Position numbers and translations under genes: made by a program
Assembly (NCBI GenBank): GCA_021774075.1
Contig: JAJFJK010000038.1
Span: forward strand, 4,880-68,879
Length of the DNA stretch: 64,000 nucleotides
Origin: Nitrosomonas sp.
GTDB taxonomy: Bacteria; Pseudomonadota; Gammaproteobacteria; Burkholderiales; Nitrosomonadaceae
Direction of reading: 5' to 3'
In this document: positions 36,997 through 46,502 of the stretch, piece by piece
Layout of the letters: each line of letters begins with the position of its first letter
How positions within the stretch are numbered: the stretch's first letter is position 1
The notes under the pieces: generated by a model
What the model saw: the letters and a program-made list of their open reading frames with translations, nothing else
Told to the model about the DNA's origin: nothing
The model's database searches: none

Positions 36997-39900
36997 ATGG
37001 GAATTTGTCAGATGTTTGTATTGAACTTATTTAAGAGCAATACTTCAGCGAATGCATCTGTCGGTTTTATTTTATTGGTATTTCTTGGTTTTACGGATAA
37101 AGTTTATGCGACAGAATCTTGTGAATTACCGGTGGCGCAAATTGTTTCAGCCCAGGGTGTCATTGAGTTGCGTCGTGCCAATGAAACAATTTGGCGGCAA
37201 GTAGCCATGAATGCCATACTTTGTTCTGGTGATATGATTCGCGCACGTTCACATAGCCGAGCGTCACTTCGGCTGAGCAATGAAAGTATGCTCAGACTGG
37301 ATCAGAGGACAACCATTACATTTCCCCAATCAGAACAAGATAAAGCCACCTCGCTATTGGATTTATTGAAGGGCGCGATACATATTATTACCCGCACACC
37401 CAAGCCATTCAAAGTCAGAACACCATTTATTAATGCAGTAGTCGAGGGCACCGAATTTTTTGTCGGTGTTGATGAAGACAGTACAACGCTCGTCCTTTAT
37501 GAAGGGCAAGTAACCGCTAGTAATGAACAAGGTAGTCTTGTTCTAGTTGACCATGAAGCTGCGGTTGCCACTAGAAACCAAGCGCCGCGTAAAGAAATCA
37601 TTGTGCGCCCAATAGATGCGGTGCAATGGGCGCTCTACTATCCGGCAATCATTGATTATCATCGCAACGGTAGTGCTCAAAGTGATGACCCAATTAGCTT
37701 GTTGATTCGTGAAGCAGTAGATTTGTTAACTGTTGGGCGGGTGAACGAGGCAAGGGTTGTTATTGAGCAGGTACAGGCACAGGTGGCACTCGAACCAGAC
37801 AATAGTGAAATCATTGCAATACAGGCAATCATTGCAGTGGTGCAAAATGATAAAGAGCAGGCCTTAAATCTGGCAACGCGTGCAGTTGAGTTTGACCCAA
37901 CTTCCTCAGCAGCAAAACTTGCCTTATCTTATGCGCTACAAGCGCACTTCAAAATTGAAGAGGCATTGGAAATTGTCCAGGAGGCAGTAACACTTGATTC
38001 AGATAATGCATTGTTGTGGGCCAGATTAGCTGAATTACAAATGTCTGTCGGCGATTTAGATCGTGCATTAAACGCAGCGCAACGTGCGGTGAATTTAAAT
38101 CCGGATATTGCGAAAACACAAACCGTATTAGGCTTCGCTTATTTACTGCGCATTGAAACGCAAACGGCAAAGACCATGTTTAGCAAAGCTATCCTGCTTG
38201 ATCAGGCTGACCCGATGCCAAGATTAGGGATGGGCTTAGCATTAATACGTGAAGGGGCACTGGAAGCAGGGCGTATTGAGCTAGAAATTGCAGCCAGCCT
38301 TGACCCAGCCAATTCACTGATTCGTAGTTATCTGGGCAAAGCCTATTTTGAAGAAAAACGCTATCCGCTTGCAAGTACACAGTTTAAATTGGCCAAAGAG
38401 CGCGACCCATATGACCCTACACCCTGGTTTTATGATGCCATCCAGAAACAGACTCAAAATCGCCCGGTAGAAGCATTAAAAGACATACAAAAATCAATTG
38501 AACTGAATGATAATCGCGCTGTGTATCGGTCCAGACTGCTGCTGGATCAGGATCAAGCCGGGCGTGGTTCTAGTCTGGCACGAATTTTTGGCAATCTGGG
38601 ATTTGAGAAACGTGCATTGATGGAGACTGCTAAATCCTTAAGCTTTGACCCATCCAACCATTCGGCACACCGGTTTTTATCGGATACCTATGCCAATATT
38701 CCAAGACATGAAATAGCGCGAGTAAGTGAACTACTTCAAGCGCAACTATTGCAGCCAATTAACGTAAACCCGGTGCAACCACATGCAGCCGTGCCAGATC
38801 TCAATATTATTACTGGCACTGGACCATCCGTAGCAGGTTTTAATGAGTTTGCGCCGTTGATGGAACGAAACAAACCACAACTGGTTGCTTCAGGCGTTGT
38901 TGGTAATCAGGGAACGTTGGGAAACGAAATGGTTTTTTCAACGCTCTATGACCGGACTTCAGTCAGTCTGGGGCAGTTTCACTATGAAACCAATGGTTTT
39001 CGTCCAAATAATGATCAGAAGCATAATATCTACAATGCATTTATTCAGCATGCTTTTTCATCGAAATTGAATATCCAAGCTGAAGTGCGTACGCAAGAAA
39101 AAGAACATGGTGATATTGAACTTGATTTTAATCCAATGCTTCTTGATAAAAAAGAAAGAAGAACATTCAGAAAAGATACTGCACGTTTGGGTGCTAGATA
39201 TTCACTTTCAAGAAAACAGGATATCATCGTCTCCATGATTTATGGAAACAGAAAATTTAAAGGTAACAATTTATTTCAGCTTTCACCAAACCCAAATGAA
39301 ACTAGCAATCTATATCAAGTAGAAGCGCAATATTTATTTCAGGACAAATTTTTCAACTTAATAGCAGGAGGTGGGCTATCATCAAGAAAAACTAATGACT
39401 CAAGCCCTTCTTCAGTAGTTAACGATAAATTTGAACGCGAAAATGCTTATTTATATACATTATGGAATCTGCCTAAAAATATCAGTACAACTCTAGGGTT
39501 CAGCTATAATTCATTTCATGCTGACAGAAGTAGTGTGAGCGCATATAAAATAAATGAATTTGATCCAAAATTAGGCCTGCAGTGGAATATCACCAAAGGT
39601 TTAAGATTGCGCTTGGCCTGGATTGAAACGATCAAAAATGACTTATTGATTCAACAAACCATTGAGCCGACGCAGGTGGCTGGTTTTAATCAATTTTTTG
39701 ATGATCCAAATGGAACAAAATCAAAACGCAAAAGTGTTGGCCTAGACTTTCAAATTTTTAATAACCTGTATGGTGGTGTTGAAGGCTCAGTCCGTAAATT
39801 AAAAATTCCGTCTATAGATAAAATTGGTTTTCGTGAGCAAACGGAACAAGCGTATCGTGCCTATCTGTATGGATTAATCAGCGCAAACTGGTCTGTTACC

Positions 39901-40305
39901 GGGGAATTTGAATTCGAAAGCTTTAAAAGAAGTAAACAATCCGCTGGGCTAAACCCGTCTGATATCGAGACTCTGAGTATGCCCATAAAAATTAATTATT
40001 ATAACCCTATGGGAATATTCGCCAGTATCAAAGGAACCTTTGTAAGGCAGGAAATTAAGCGAGGCAATCCCATTCGATTTGACCCAGAAATAGGTAAGAC
40101 TGAAGGCTTAAGTGATTTTTTCTTGCTGAATGCAATTGCTGGTTATAGGTTGCCATCTCGAAGAGGGCTACTCAGCTTTGAAATCAGAAATATTTTCAAT
40201 GAAGATTTTAATTATCGTAATTCGTGGTTCCAAGTTTCAGAACCAACAATACCCAGATATATTCCAAGCCGAACGTTTTCTTTACAACTCACTTTAAATT
40301 ATTAA
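36997..40305 (+). CDS. FecR-domain, TPR and C-terminal outer-membrane beta-barrel-like protein, paralogue A (1102 aa)
   Basis: Signal peptide ending ...VYA/TESCE. FecR-like domain (LCSGDMIRARSHSRASLRLSNESMLRLDQRTTITF). Multiple TPRs. C-terminal ~500 aa with alternating beta-strand pattern ending ...LQLTLNY (aromatic terminus). Confidence 0.8.
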   Translation: MGICQMFVLNLFKSNTSANASVGFILLVFLGFTDKVYATESCELPVAQIVSAQGVIELRRANETIWRQVAMNAILCSGDMIRARSHSRASLRLSNESMLRLDQRTTITFPQSEQDKATSLLDLLKGAIHIITRTPKPFKVRTPFINAVVEGTEFFVGVDEDSTTLVLYEGQVTASNEQGSLVLVDHEAAVATRNQAPRKEIIVRPIDAVQWALYYPAIIDYHRNGSAQSDDPISLLIREAVDLLTVGRVNEARVVIEQVQAQVALEPDNSEIIAIQAIIAVVQNDKEQALNLATRAVEFDPTSSAAKLALSYALQAHFKIEEALEIVQEAVTLDSDNALLWARLAELQMSVGDLDRALNAAQRAVNLNPDIAKTQTVLGFAYLLRIETQTAKTMFSKAILLDQADPMPRLGMGLALIREGALEAGRIELEIAASLDPANSLIRSYLGKAYFEEKRYPLASTQFKLAKERDPYDPTPWFYDAIQKQTQNRPVEALKDIQKSIELNDNRAVYRSRLLLDQDQAGRGSSLARIFGNLGFEKRALMETAKSLSFDPSNHSAHRFLSDTYANIPRHEIARVSELLQAQLLQPINVNPVQPHAAVPDLNIITGTGPSVAGFNEFAPLMERNKPQLVASGVVGNQGTLGNEMVFSTLYDRTSVSLGQFHYETNGFRPNNDQKHNIYNAFIQHAFSSKLNIQAEVRTQEKEHGDIELDFNPMLLDKKERRTFRKDTARLGARYSLSRKQDIIVSMIYGNRKFKGNNLFQLSPNPNETSNLYQVEAQYLFQDKFFNLIAGGGLSSRKTNDSSPSSVVNDKFERENAYLYTLWNLPKNISTTLGFSYNSFHADRSSVSAYKINEFDPKLGLQWNITKGLRLRLAWIETIKNDLLIQQTIEPTQVAGFNQFFDDPNGTKSKRKSVGLDFQIFNNLYGGVEGSVRKLKIPSIDKIGFREQTEQAYRAYLYGLISANWSVTGEFEFESFKRSKQSAGLNPSDIETLSMPIKINYYNPMGIFASIKGTFVRQEIKRGNPIRFDPEIGKTEGLSDFFLLNAIAGYRLPSRRGLLSFEIRNIFNEDFNYRNSWFQVSEPTIPRYIPSRTFSLQLTLNY

Positions 40306-40318
40306 CAGGAGAAATAAA

Positions 40319-40771
40319 ATGAAGTCAATTAAAATAGTTTGTGCAATTATTCTCAGTATTGTAGCAATTTTTTCAGTTTTTGTAGTTGGTAAGCTTGCAT
40401 CAAGTGGTTTTCCAGTAAAAGCTTATGTGCTCGGAGGTGAACTAGACTTCATTAGCAAAGTTGAACCAACATTGTCCGAGAAAAGATCTTTTACAATAGA
40501 TTTAGATCAACCAGAAGAAGCTTTTCATCACATATTGGTTGCAAAAACAATTGACCCAGAAAAAAATGATGTTAAATATGATTTATATACCCCAAGACAT
40601 TTAATTGCAAATTACACTCCACATATGGAACAACATGAAGATTCATTCTTACAAATAGTTAATGTCGCGTTTGCTCAATCTGTAAGCAGTTGTAACCATC
40701 AAGATATAATTTGTGGACACTACACGGATAACAACGGAAATCAAGGTAGTGGTTGTTGGTGTAGCCCGTAG
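40319..40771 (+). CDS. Small signal-anchored or secreted protein with a Cys-rich C-terminus (...GSGCWCSP)
   Basis: AGGAG RBS, 13 nt after the paralogue A stop. N-terminal hydrophobic segment and 4 Cys in the last 30 residues. Confidence 0.6.
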   Translation: MKSIKIVCAIILSIVAIFSVFVVGKLASSGFPVKAYVLGGELDFISKVEPTLSEKRSFTIDLDQPEEAFHHILVAKTIDPEKNDVKYDLYTPRHLIANYTPHMEQHEDSFLQIVNVAFAQSVSSCNHQDIICGHYTDNNGNQGSGCWCSP

Positions 40772-41061
40772 CCAAGGTTATATTGACCATCATGAGGCAA
40801 AACAGTCGGTCTAAAGCCCGTGGTTTGGCTCATTCATTAGTCGTCCCTGAAAGCCCTCAACCCGCTAATAAAATTAAATGATGTACGTTCTTTTGATGAT
40901 CATTTCGACTGAGAATGGTAGATGAAATACTGTTTTCTTGTCGAAATGGTTAACAAAAATGTGTGCTCAAATAATCCATATACCCGGGTATTTTTTTGAA
41001 AAGAACTATAGTCAGAATGGGGTAAAAAACTCAGCCTAGTTATCATGGCGGAAAGCTTTTG

Positions 41062-41811
41062 CTAATACAAGAAAACATTATCTAATACACCGATGAGCTT
41101 AAAATCGCCATTAAAGTGGTTGTTGATAATACTGGCCGCTTCATTTGTTACAAGTTCAAACATCTTATCGTCAGTCCGCACATCTGGCTCAGGTGTATCA
41201 TTTAATACTTCGAAAAGTAATGCTCGAAATTCTTCAGTATTTTCTTTTTTATTAGAAAATTCATTTATTTGTGCCAATTCAGATTCATCAAGTGCTGAAA
41301 ATAAATTAATTAGTGATCCATAAAATAAAGATTCAACACTTTCTTCTGTTGCTGGAACGTTGTTTAAGTGTCCAACACCTAATTCTTCAGTATCATAGAT
41401 TTTATCATCACTTTGAAGGGTATATATAGGGCCCAAAAAAAGCGGATAGATCCCATCAAAAGAAAGTAGGGATTGAACTTGCTCACTTAGAGAAGAGTTT
41501 GATAAAACCTCTATGTTATTATTGAAATTTACTAGATTTTCTAAAGAATCTGGATCAGAGTTAAATAAAATACTTGTATTATCTAGCTCACGTGGATCAA
41601 GATCATTAAATGTAAAATATTCAGTAATAACCTCCGTCGGAAAATTAGTAATTTCATTCAGCATCGCATTTGTTACACCACTTTCCCGGGCTGCAGCAAA
41701 TATCACTTCCGGCTGATCAATGTTTATAGTAATAAAGTCAGCTGCTTGTTGAATTGAAACTCCTCGTTTGGCTAATTGTTCTTCTGCGGATATAAATTGT
41801 TTTGTTGACAT
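41062..41811 (-). CDS. Acidic hypothetical protein (249 aa from the RBS-supported start)
   Basis: The ATG at 41811 is preceded by AGAGGGGAGG. Highly acidic with no recognisable motifs. The track ORF extends to 41982 without an RBS. Confidence 0.5.
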   Translation of the reverse strand: MSTKQFISAEEQLAKRGVSIQQAADFITINIDQPEVIFAAARESGVTNAMLNEITNFPTEVITEYFTFNDLDPRELDNTSILFNSDPDSLENLVNFNNNIEVLSNSSLSEQVQSLLSFDGIYPLFLGPIYTLQSDDKIYDTEELGVGHLNNVPATEESVESLFYGSLINLFSALDESELAQINEFSNKKENTEEFRALLFEVLNDTPEPDVRTDDKMFELVTNEAASIINNHFNGDFKLIGVLDNVFLY

Positions 41812-42206
41812 AAAACCTCCCCTCTTATAGATAATAATAAAAGCTATGGTTTGATTGGATTGAACTTCACGTTGCGCACTATTTAACTCCAAATAACGCT
41901 GATCAAACACCCCGACGATAGAGTTATCTGCCACAAGACTATTAATAAGATTAAGCGATTTATCAATGATCAATCTTATCACTGTTATATCAGGCTTTCT
42001 GGCTGACTTCTCAAGTTAATCTGATCTGACAGGATAGTATGTTTTGCAAGATGCGTATATTAGTTTTTCATCAATCCACAGTAAAGTTTCGGATCATGAG
42101 TCAATATTTTTTCATATAGATTACGCAATAAGATCACTTGTCAAATCATGTGATTTGAGCATCCAAAATTTGCATCTACCATTTTAAGCAACTCATTAGC
42201 TTTTTT

Positions 42207-42321
42207 TGTGCGTTTTATCACATACGAAATGTGGTTCAGTCGCTAAACTCAGATTACGTTTGATTTGCATCAATCAGCAAAATATCCAGAATACCCTCAA
42301 GGTTATTTCTCTCGTATAATG
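42207..42321 (+). promoter_or_regulatory. Candidate cNMP-regulator-dependent promoter of paralogue B
   Basis: TGTGCgttttaTCACA at 42207-42222. Perfect TTGATttgcATCAA at 42260-42273. Conserved block TATTTCTCTCGTATAATG at 42304-42321. Confidence 0.45.
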
Positions 42322-42419
42322 CACCGAAAGTCTAAATTAGGTTCTTGAGTACGCAGCTCCTTTTGGAAAGTGAGTTCAGTGTTAGTACTCACAACGCCAA
42401 CTGCGAGAGATAGATTCAA

Positions 42420-45400
42420 ATGAGAACATGTTGGATATTGAAGCTGAACTTACTGAATAACAGTAAGTTAGCAATTACGTTTGTAATATGTTTTTTATTT
42501 TTCTTTATTGGTTTTGTAGACAGGACTTATGCAGCAGAATCATGTGAATCATCACCAGTGGCGCAAATCGTTTCAGTTCAGGGGACGATTGAATTGCGTC
42601 GTGCGAATGAAAGTGTTTGGCGGCCAGCAGCTATGAATACCGCACTTTGTTCGGGTGACATGCTTCGGGCGCGTTCACACAGTCGCGCAGCACTGCGTTT
42701 GAGCAATGAAAGTATGCTACGGCTGGATCAGCGCACCACGCTGTCATTTCCGCAAGAAGAAAAAGCCATTTCGCTGTTGGATCTGGTCAAGGGTGCAATA
42801 CATGTTATTACCCGCACATCCAAGCCTTTTGAAATCAGAACGCCATTTCTTAATGGGGCTGTTGATGGCACCGAATTTTTTGTTGGTGTTGATGAAGATA
42901 GCACACGATTGGTTATTTATGAAGGTCAGGTAACCGCCAGTAATGATCAGGGCAGTCTTGTTCTGGTTGATCATGAAGCGGCAATTGCCACCAAGCATCA
43001 GGCCCCACAAAAAGAAGTCATCATGCGCCCAACCGATGCGGTGCAATGGGCGCTGTATTATCCCGCCATTATTGATTATCAGCTTGATGCTGGTATTGAG
43101 CGCGATGCTATCAGTACACTGATTCGTGATGCGTCGCATTTGTTGACAATCGGGCGGGTTGATGAAGCCACAACAGCAATCAAACAAGCACTTGAAATAG
43201 CGCCGGATAAGGGTAGGGGCAGCAGTGACGCCTATGCTTTAAAGTCGATGATTGCCATGGTGCAAAACGACAAAGACGCAGCGCTGCATTTCGCGACACA
43301 GGCCGTCGAACTGAATCAAACTTCAGCGGCTGCATGGTTGGCGTTGTCGTATATTCAGCAAGCGAATTTTGAAATTGATGACGCACTGGCCAGTGTGCAG
43401 GAAGCGGTGGCGATAGACGCACAAAATGCCCTGGCCTGGGCGCGTCTGGCTGAATTACACATGTCCACGGGTTATTTGAAGCATGCTTTGGATGCGGCGC
43501 AACATGCCGTGAATTTCAACCCCGCTTTGGCTAAAACACAAACGGTATTGGGTTTCGCCCATTTGCTGAAAATCAACACCGAAGAAGCCATTGCAATCTT
43601 TACGCAAGCCATCCAGCTCGATCAGGCCGACCCCATGCCCCGGCTGGGTTTAGGTTTGGCGTTGATACGCGAAGGCGAGCTTGAAGCCGGGCGGGTTGAA
43701 CTGGAAATTGCAGCTAGTCTTGATCCAGCCAATTCGCTGATACGCAGTTACTTGGGTAAAGCGTATTTTGAAGAAAAACGCTATGCATTGGCTGAAACCC
43801 AGTTTGATCTGGCCAGGGAGCGCGACCCGTATGATCCGACACCGTGGTTTTACGATGCCATCCAAAAACAAACACAAAACAGGCCGGTGGAAGCACTCAG
43901 CGATATCCAAAAATCGATTGAACTGAATGATAATCGGGCGGTGTATCGATCCAAGTTATTACTGGATCAGGATCAGGCCGGGCGTGGATCAAGCCTGGCG
44001 CGTATTTATGACAATCTGGGTTTTGAGAAACGCGCCCTGATGGAAACGGCCAGATCATTAAGTGCAGACCCGGCCAATCATTCAGCGCACCGCTTTTTGT
44101 CGGATGCCTACACCAATATCCCACGCCACGAAGTCGCGCGCGTTAGTGAGCTGCTGCAAGCGCAATTGTTGCAACCGATCAATGTGAACCCCGTGCAACC
44201 GCACCTTGCCGTGGCGGATCTCAATATCATCACCGGCACCGGCCCAACCGCAGCAGGCTTTAACGAATTTGCCCCGCTCATGGAGCGTAACAAACCGCAG
44301 TTGGTTGGCTCGGCGATTGTCGGCAGTAACAGCACCGTGGGTAATGAAACAGTACTCTCAGCATTGTATGACCGCGCTTCGGTCAGCATCGGTCAATATC
44401 ATTTTCAATCCGACGGATTTCGTGAAAATAATGATCAGAAACACAATGTCTACAATGCCTTCATGCAGTATGCAGTGACACCGCGCTTAAATGTTCAGGC
44501 GGAAATACGTCGGCGCAAGACTGAGAATGGCGATTTGCTACTGGATTTCGATACAACCAATTTTAGAAATCAACGACGAATTCTAGAACAAGATACGGTA
44601 CGTGTAGGCGCAAGATACGCGTTGTCACCACGCCAGGATTTGATTGTTTCAGCCATGTATGCAGATCGCCAGGAGGACATCACTTTAGCACCTGCACCCG
44701 GTGTTGGCATTAATTCAGGGATAAAAGATAAGGGATATCAAATAGAAGGACAATATTTATTCCGCGAAGACTATTTTAATCTTGTTGCAGGTGGTGGCGT
44801 TTACAAAATTGATGCGCAGAGCCAAGTGCAAGTTTGTCAGGGACCTTGTTTTCCCTCTCCAGTAATAAATTTTACGAGAGAACGCGAAAATGCATATCTC
44901 TATTCAAATTTCAGTTACCCGGAAAACGTAACGGCAACGCTGGGTGTGAGCTACGATGCATTTAAAGATGTTGTCGATGATAAGTTTGATACATTTAATC
45001 CAAAATTTGGTCTGCAATGGAATATCAGCGATATGTTCCGTCTGCGTCTTGCTTGGTTTGAAACAGTCAAGGCTGCATTGATTACCAATCAAACGCTGGA
45101 ACCCACGCAAGTGGCCGGTTTTAATCAATTGTTTGATGACCTGAGTGGCACCCGGGCGCGACGCATGGGGGTAGGTTTGGATGCTTATTTCACCAAAAGT
45201 ATCTACGGTGGGTTGGAAGTATCTGAGCGTGACTTAAAGGTTCCTTTTGCTGATGGGGTAACAGCGGCATTATTGGCGAGTGAGAAACAACAAGAAAGAC
45301 TTTATCGTTCCTATCTGTACTGGTTGCCGCATGTCCATTGGACGATCAATGGCGAGTTTCAGTTTGAGCGCTATACGCGTAATGCAACGAGTATTGGTGG

Positions 45401-45743
45401 TGCTGACAAACCATTTCAGATTCAAACGCTCAGCGCCCCATTGGCGATCAATTATTTTCACCCGAGTGGTTTTTTCAGCAAATTCACCACAACGTATGTA
45501 CAACAAAATCTAAAGCGGCTAGCTGCTTCGTCATTGAGAGACGGCACCGATGATTTTGTATTGTTTGACGCGGCAATTGGTTACCGGTTGCCCAACCGCA
45601 GAGGCCTGGTCAGTCTGGAAGGCAGAAACCTGAGTAACGAGGATTTCTTTTACAGGAATGTCAATTTTCAGATAAATGAAGCGATTACGCCTCGTTTTAT
45701 CCCGACACGCACAATTTTTGCGCGTGTTACTTTGAACTTTTAA
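42420..45743 (+). CDS. FecR-domain, TPR and C-terminal outer-membrane beta-barrel-like protein, paralogue B (1107 aa)
   Basis: Same architecture as 36997-40305. Long identical stretches include DPANSLIRSYLGKAYFEEKRY, DPYDPTPWFYDAIQKQTQNRPVEAL and ARVSELLQAQLLQPINVNPVQPH. Ends ...ARVTLNF. Confidence 0.8.
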   Translation: MRTCWILKLNLLNNSKLAITFVICFLFFFIGFVDRTYAAESCESSPVAQIVSVQGTIELRRANESVWRPAAMNTALCSGDMLRARSHSRAALRLSNESMLRLDQRTTLSFPQEEKAISLLDLVKGAIHVITRTSKPFEIRTPFLNGAVDGTEFFVGVDEDSTRLVIYEGQVTASNDQGSLVLVDHEAAIATKHQAPQKEVIMRPTDAVQWALYYPAIIDYQLDAGIERDAISTLIRDASHLLTIGRVDEATTAIKQALEIAPDKGRGSSDAYALKSMIAMVQNDKDAALHFATQAVELNQTSAAAWLALSYIQQANFEIDDALASVQEAVAIDAQNALAWARLAELHMSTGYLKHALDAAQHAVNFNPALAKTQTVLGFAHLLKINTEEAIAIFTQAIQLDQADPMPRLGLGLALIREGELEAGRVELEIAASLDPANSLIRSYLGKAYFEEKRYALAETQFDLARERDPYDPTPWFYDAIQKQTQNRPVEALSDIQKSIELNDNRAVYRSKLLLDQDQAGRGSSLARIYDNLGFEKRALMETARSLSADPANHSAHRFLSDAYTNIPRHEVARVSELLQAQLLQPINVNPVQPHLAVADLNIITGTGPTAAGFNEFAPLMERNKPQLVGSAIVGSNSTVGNETVLSALYDRASVSIGQYHFQSDGFRENNDQKHNVYNAFMQYAVTPRLNVQAEIRRRKTENGDLLLDFDTTNFRNQRRILEQDTVRVGARYALSPRQDLIVSAMYADRQEDITLAPAPGVGINSGIKDKGYQIEGQYLFREDYFNLVAGGGVYKIDAQSQVQVCQGPCFPSPVINFTRERENAYLYSNFSYPENVTATLGVSYDAFKDVVDDKFDTFNPKFGLQWNISDMFRLRLAWFETVKAALITNQTLEPTQVAGFNQLFDDLSGTRARRMGVGLDAYFTKSIYGGLEVSERDLKVPFADGVTAALLASEKQQERLYRSYLYWLPHVHWTINGEFQFERYTRNATSIGGADKPFQIQTLSAPLAINYFHPSGFFSKFTTTYVQQNLKRLAASSLRDGTDDFVLFDAAIGYRLPNRRGLVSLEGRNLSNEDFFYRNVNFQINEAITPRFIPTRTIFARVTLNF

Positions 45744-45755
45744 AAAGGAAAAAAA

Positions 45756-46007
45756 ATGAATGATTTACCTGAAGCAGCAAAAAAAGCGTTGGAAGAAGCA
45801 GGTGTAGACGTTGCGGCGGTCATTTGTGTTGATAAGCAGGGTAAAACACATATGATGAAAGACAAGAATGTGAGCGGTAACGATACGAAGTTCCCTATTG
45901 AAACCACCGCGATTGAAGACATTACGCCGATGAGTATGGTGCGACATAAAGGATCGCAGTGTGTAACCATTATTATCGGCGGTGTGTCTTATACAATCTG
46001 CTGGTAA
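45756..46007 (+). CDS. Small protein (83 aa) ending in CVTIIIGGVSYTICW
   Basis: AAGGA RBS, 12 nt after the paralogue B stop. No signal peptide. The C-terminal 15 residues are shared with the next small ORF. Confidence 0.6.
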   Translation: MNDLPEAAKKALEEAGVDVAAVICVDKQGKTHMMKDKNVSGNDTKFPIETTAIEDITPMSMVRHKGSQCVTIIIGGVSYTICW

Positions 46008-46090
46008 CAGTCGTTTTATTTAGGCGGGGTTCGGTATACAGTTCTGTATTGATCCCCGTTTGTTGTTTGGATTAGAAAACACTGTATTTG
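45960..46090 (+). repeat. Repeat unit 1: core-peptide coding end plus 3' flank with hairpin
   Basis: tgtgtaaccattattatcggcggt...ctggtaacag...ggcgggg..gttctgtattgatccccg... is repeated at 46219-46350. Confidence 0.8.
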
Positions 46091-46143
46091 AGTACGTTCT
46101 GCATCCTGTTTTTTTTGGTACTACTATTAAAGGGGAGAATCAA

Positions 46144-46266
46144 ATGAAGAGAAAAATCATTATTCTTATCAGTACTATTGTGATGGCTGGTTATATGTCA
46201 AGTGGATTTGCTTATGATTGTGTCACTATTATTATCGGTGGTTTGCCTATGACATTCTGCTGGTAA
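46144..46266 (+). CDS. Secreted mini-protein precursor (40 aa), predicted mature 17-mer YDCVTIIIGGLPMTFCW
   Basis: AAGGGGAG RBS 6 nt upstream of the ATG at 46144. Typical Sec signal MKRKIIILISTIVMAGYMSSGFA. Two Cys residues in the mature part. Confidence 0.6.
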   Translation: MKRKIIILISTIVMAGYMSSGFAYDCVTIIIGGLPMTFCW

Positions 46267-46350
46267 CAGTTTTTTATTCAGGCGGGGATTGGTACGTAGT
46301 TCTGTATTGATCCCCGCTTGTGCTGTTTGAATTAGCAAATGCAGTATTTT
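46219..46350 (+). repeat. Repeat unit 2: core-peptide coding end plus 3' flank with hairpin
   Basis: Direct repeat of 45960-46090. The hairpin gcggggat ... atccccgc has an 8-bp stem. Confidence 0.8.
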
Positions 46351-46502
46351 AACGCTCACGTTATTCAATCGAATTGGTGTATCCGCACATAGATTTAATT
46401 CGTATCACAAATCCTAATTTCCGTTCGTAATGCTGGTTTTATTCACCCTTGTGTAATTGTGGGTTAGAATACAGATTCATAAACAGCAAATCTAAACAAT
46501 AA

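Noticed and set aside
41812-41982. The longer N-terminal extension of the acidic protein (track ORF start at 41982).
   Set aside because: No RBS precedes the upstream start, whereas the ATG at 41811 follows a strong AGAGGGGAGG. The extension is low-complexity and AT-rich.
45756-46266. RiPP or bacteriocin precursor interpretation, with IIIGG read as a double-glycine leader cleavage site.
   Set aside because: No modifying enzyme and no C39-peptidase ABC transporter lies in the cluster. One of the two peptides has an ordinary Sec signal peptide. The idea is kept only as a remote alternative.
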